Assembly (NCBI RefSeq): GCF_006345805.1
Contig: NC_043011.1
Span: 55,998,464-56,062,463, forward strand
Direction: 5' to 3'
DNA length: 64,000 bases
Origin: Octopus sinensis
Taxonomy: Eukaryota
Shown here: piece after piece, positions 62,880 to 64,000 of the stretch
Layout: each line of letters begins with the position of its first letter
Numbering within the stretch: position 1 is the stretch's first letter
Position numbers and translations under genes: made by a program
Notes under the pieces: generated by a model
What the model was told of the DNA's origin: nothing
The model's input: only the letters and a program-made list of their open reading frames with translations
Database searches by the model: none

Positions 62880-62917
62880 GTCTTTACGTTTCGAGCCTAT
62901 GCTCTTCAACAGAAAGA
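62880..62917 (-). ncRNA. Minimal hammerhead-like variant in a Penelope-type terminal repeat
   Basis: TCTTT-CTGTTGAA-GAGC-ATAG-GCTC-GAAA-CG-TA-AAGA. The core deviates (A6>T and an extra A); stem III is the ACGT palindrome. Confidence 0.4.
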
Positions 62918-63612
62918 TACACAGAAAAGAAACACAGAGAGAAACAAGGAGAGAAAAAAAATGTGTGCAGAAGCTAGCGATTCAACATGGCGATATATAT
63001 ATATATATATGTCACCTTAGACCTCTCCATACTGGCATTCCCCTCAACCTCACCTCCACCCTTGTTCCTCACTCACTATATTCACCTCCATTCTCATCTC
63101 CTGCCATGACCCACTCTCCATATCCTCTCCTATGTTCCCTTTCTTGTACCTTGACTCTTTGTTCTGGCACTCCATCACAACCTTCCTCCTATCTCCTCCT
63201 CAACCATTCCCATCAACCTCTCCATATAATTCTCGCTCCTCAATAGCAAAACTCTTCTGCTTCTCCCTCGATTTTCAGCTTTTCAACCTCCAGCATCAAG
63301 CCACCTTTTCCCCCACTCAAATACTCCCCATTCACTTGTGGCTACTTTTTCCTTTTCCTCTCCCTCTTCTTTTACTGAATTGCAACTTACCTGGCCATCT
63401 CACCTGTGCCAGTGGCACACAGAGAAAAAAAAAAGAAAGAAAGAACCAAAGAACTTGGTGCACACTGTAAAGTGGTTGGATTTAGGAAGAATCTTCAGCC
63501 ATAGAGACCATGCCAAAGCAGACACCGGAGCCTGACACAGCCCTGAGGCTTGCTGGGTCCCCATCCCCACCAGCCAGCATGGAAAGTGGACATTGAATGA
63601 TGATGAGGATAC

Positions 63613-63669
<57 letters not shown>

Positions 63670-63682
63670 GATGATGATGATA

Positions 63683-64000
63683 TTCCTACCACTCTATGTC
63701 ACGCTGGTGAGACCCATATTGGAGTATGGGATTCAAGCCTCTTCTCCTTATCTCCTCAAAGACATACAGCATTTTGAAAGAGTCCAGAAGCTGGCTACCC
63801 GCATGGTTCATGGTCTCAAAAATTTGTCCTACGAAGAAAGGCTGAGGACGCTCGACCTTTATTCTCTTGAAAAACGCCGCCGCCGTGGTGATCTCATTCT
63901 CGCCCACAACATCATAAGCGGAAAGTGTAACCTCTCGAAAGAGCTGTTCTTCACTCCTGCTCCAGAGCGTCGGCTGCGGGGTCATTCCAAAAAGCTCTAC
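63683..64000 (+). mobile_element. CR1-type LINE ORF2 C-terminus, uninterrupted frame, runs off the window
   Basis: 106 codons without a stop: FLPLYVTLVRPILEYG...ERVQKLATRMV.GLKNLSYEERLRTLDLYSLEKRRRRGDLI...LRGHSKKLY. Confidence 0.92.

Noticed and set aside
54030-64000. CFAP58 exon 10 (expected phase-1 start, D/E-R-K-rich)
   Set aside because: No matching exon found; it is presumably beyond the window.

Overview
AT-rich eukaryotic genomic DNA, most likely an octopus. This is inferred from the SINE/LINE families and the very high microsatellite load. The only protein-coding gene I can support is the 5' half of CFAP58 (CCDC147, cilia/flagella coiled-coil protein) on the + strand. Nine coding exons (21939-54029) splice with GT-AG ends into a 1327-nt open frame (442 codons + 1 nt), and the gene continues past the window. 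Exon 1 is tentative. The rest is intron or intergenic DNA packed with tRNA-derived SINEs, RTE, CR1/L2-like, R4-like and Penelope-like retroelement remnants, mariner relics, Merlin- and piggyBac-like MITEs, a Helitron and long microsatellites. Most entries in the supplied ORF track are microsatellite or TE artefacts. Three signals stand out. (1) The last intron holds a cluster of type I hammerhead-ribozyme motifs tied to Penelope-like elements, all antisense to CFAP58; two have intact cores and bracket a GIY-YIG remnant. (2) Four high-identity inverted-repeat pairs bracket CFAP58 exons and are candidate dsRNA, editing or back-splicing substrates. (3) There are two long near-perfect DNA hairpins. 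All alignments and folds were done by eye, and TE boundaries are approximate unless termini or TSDs are given.
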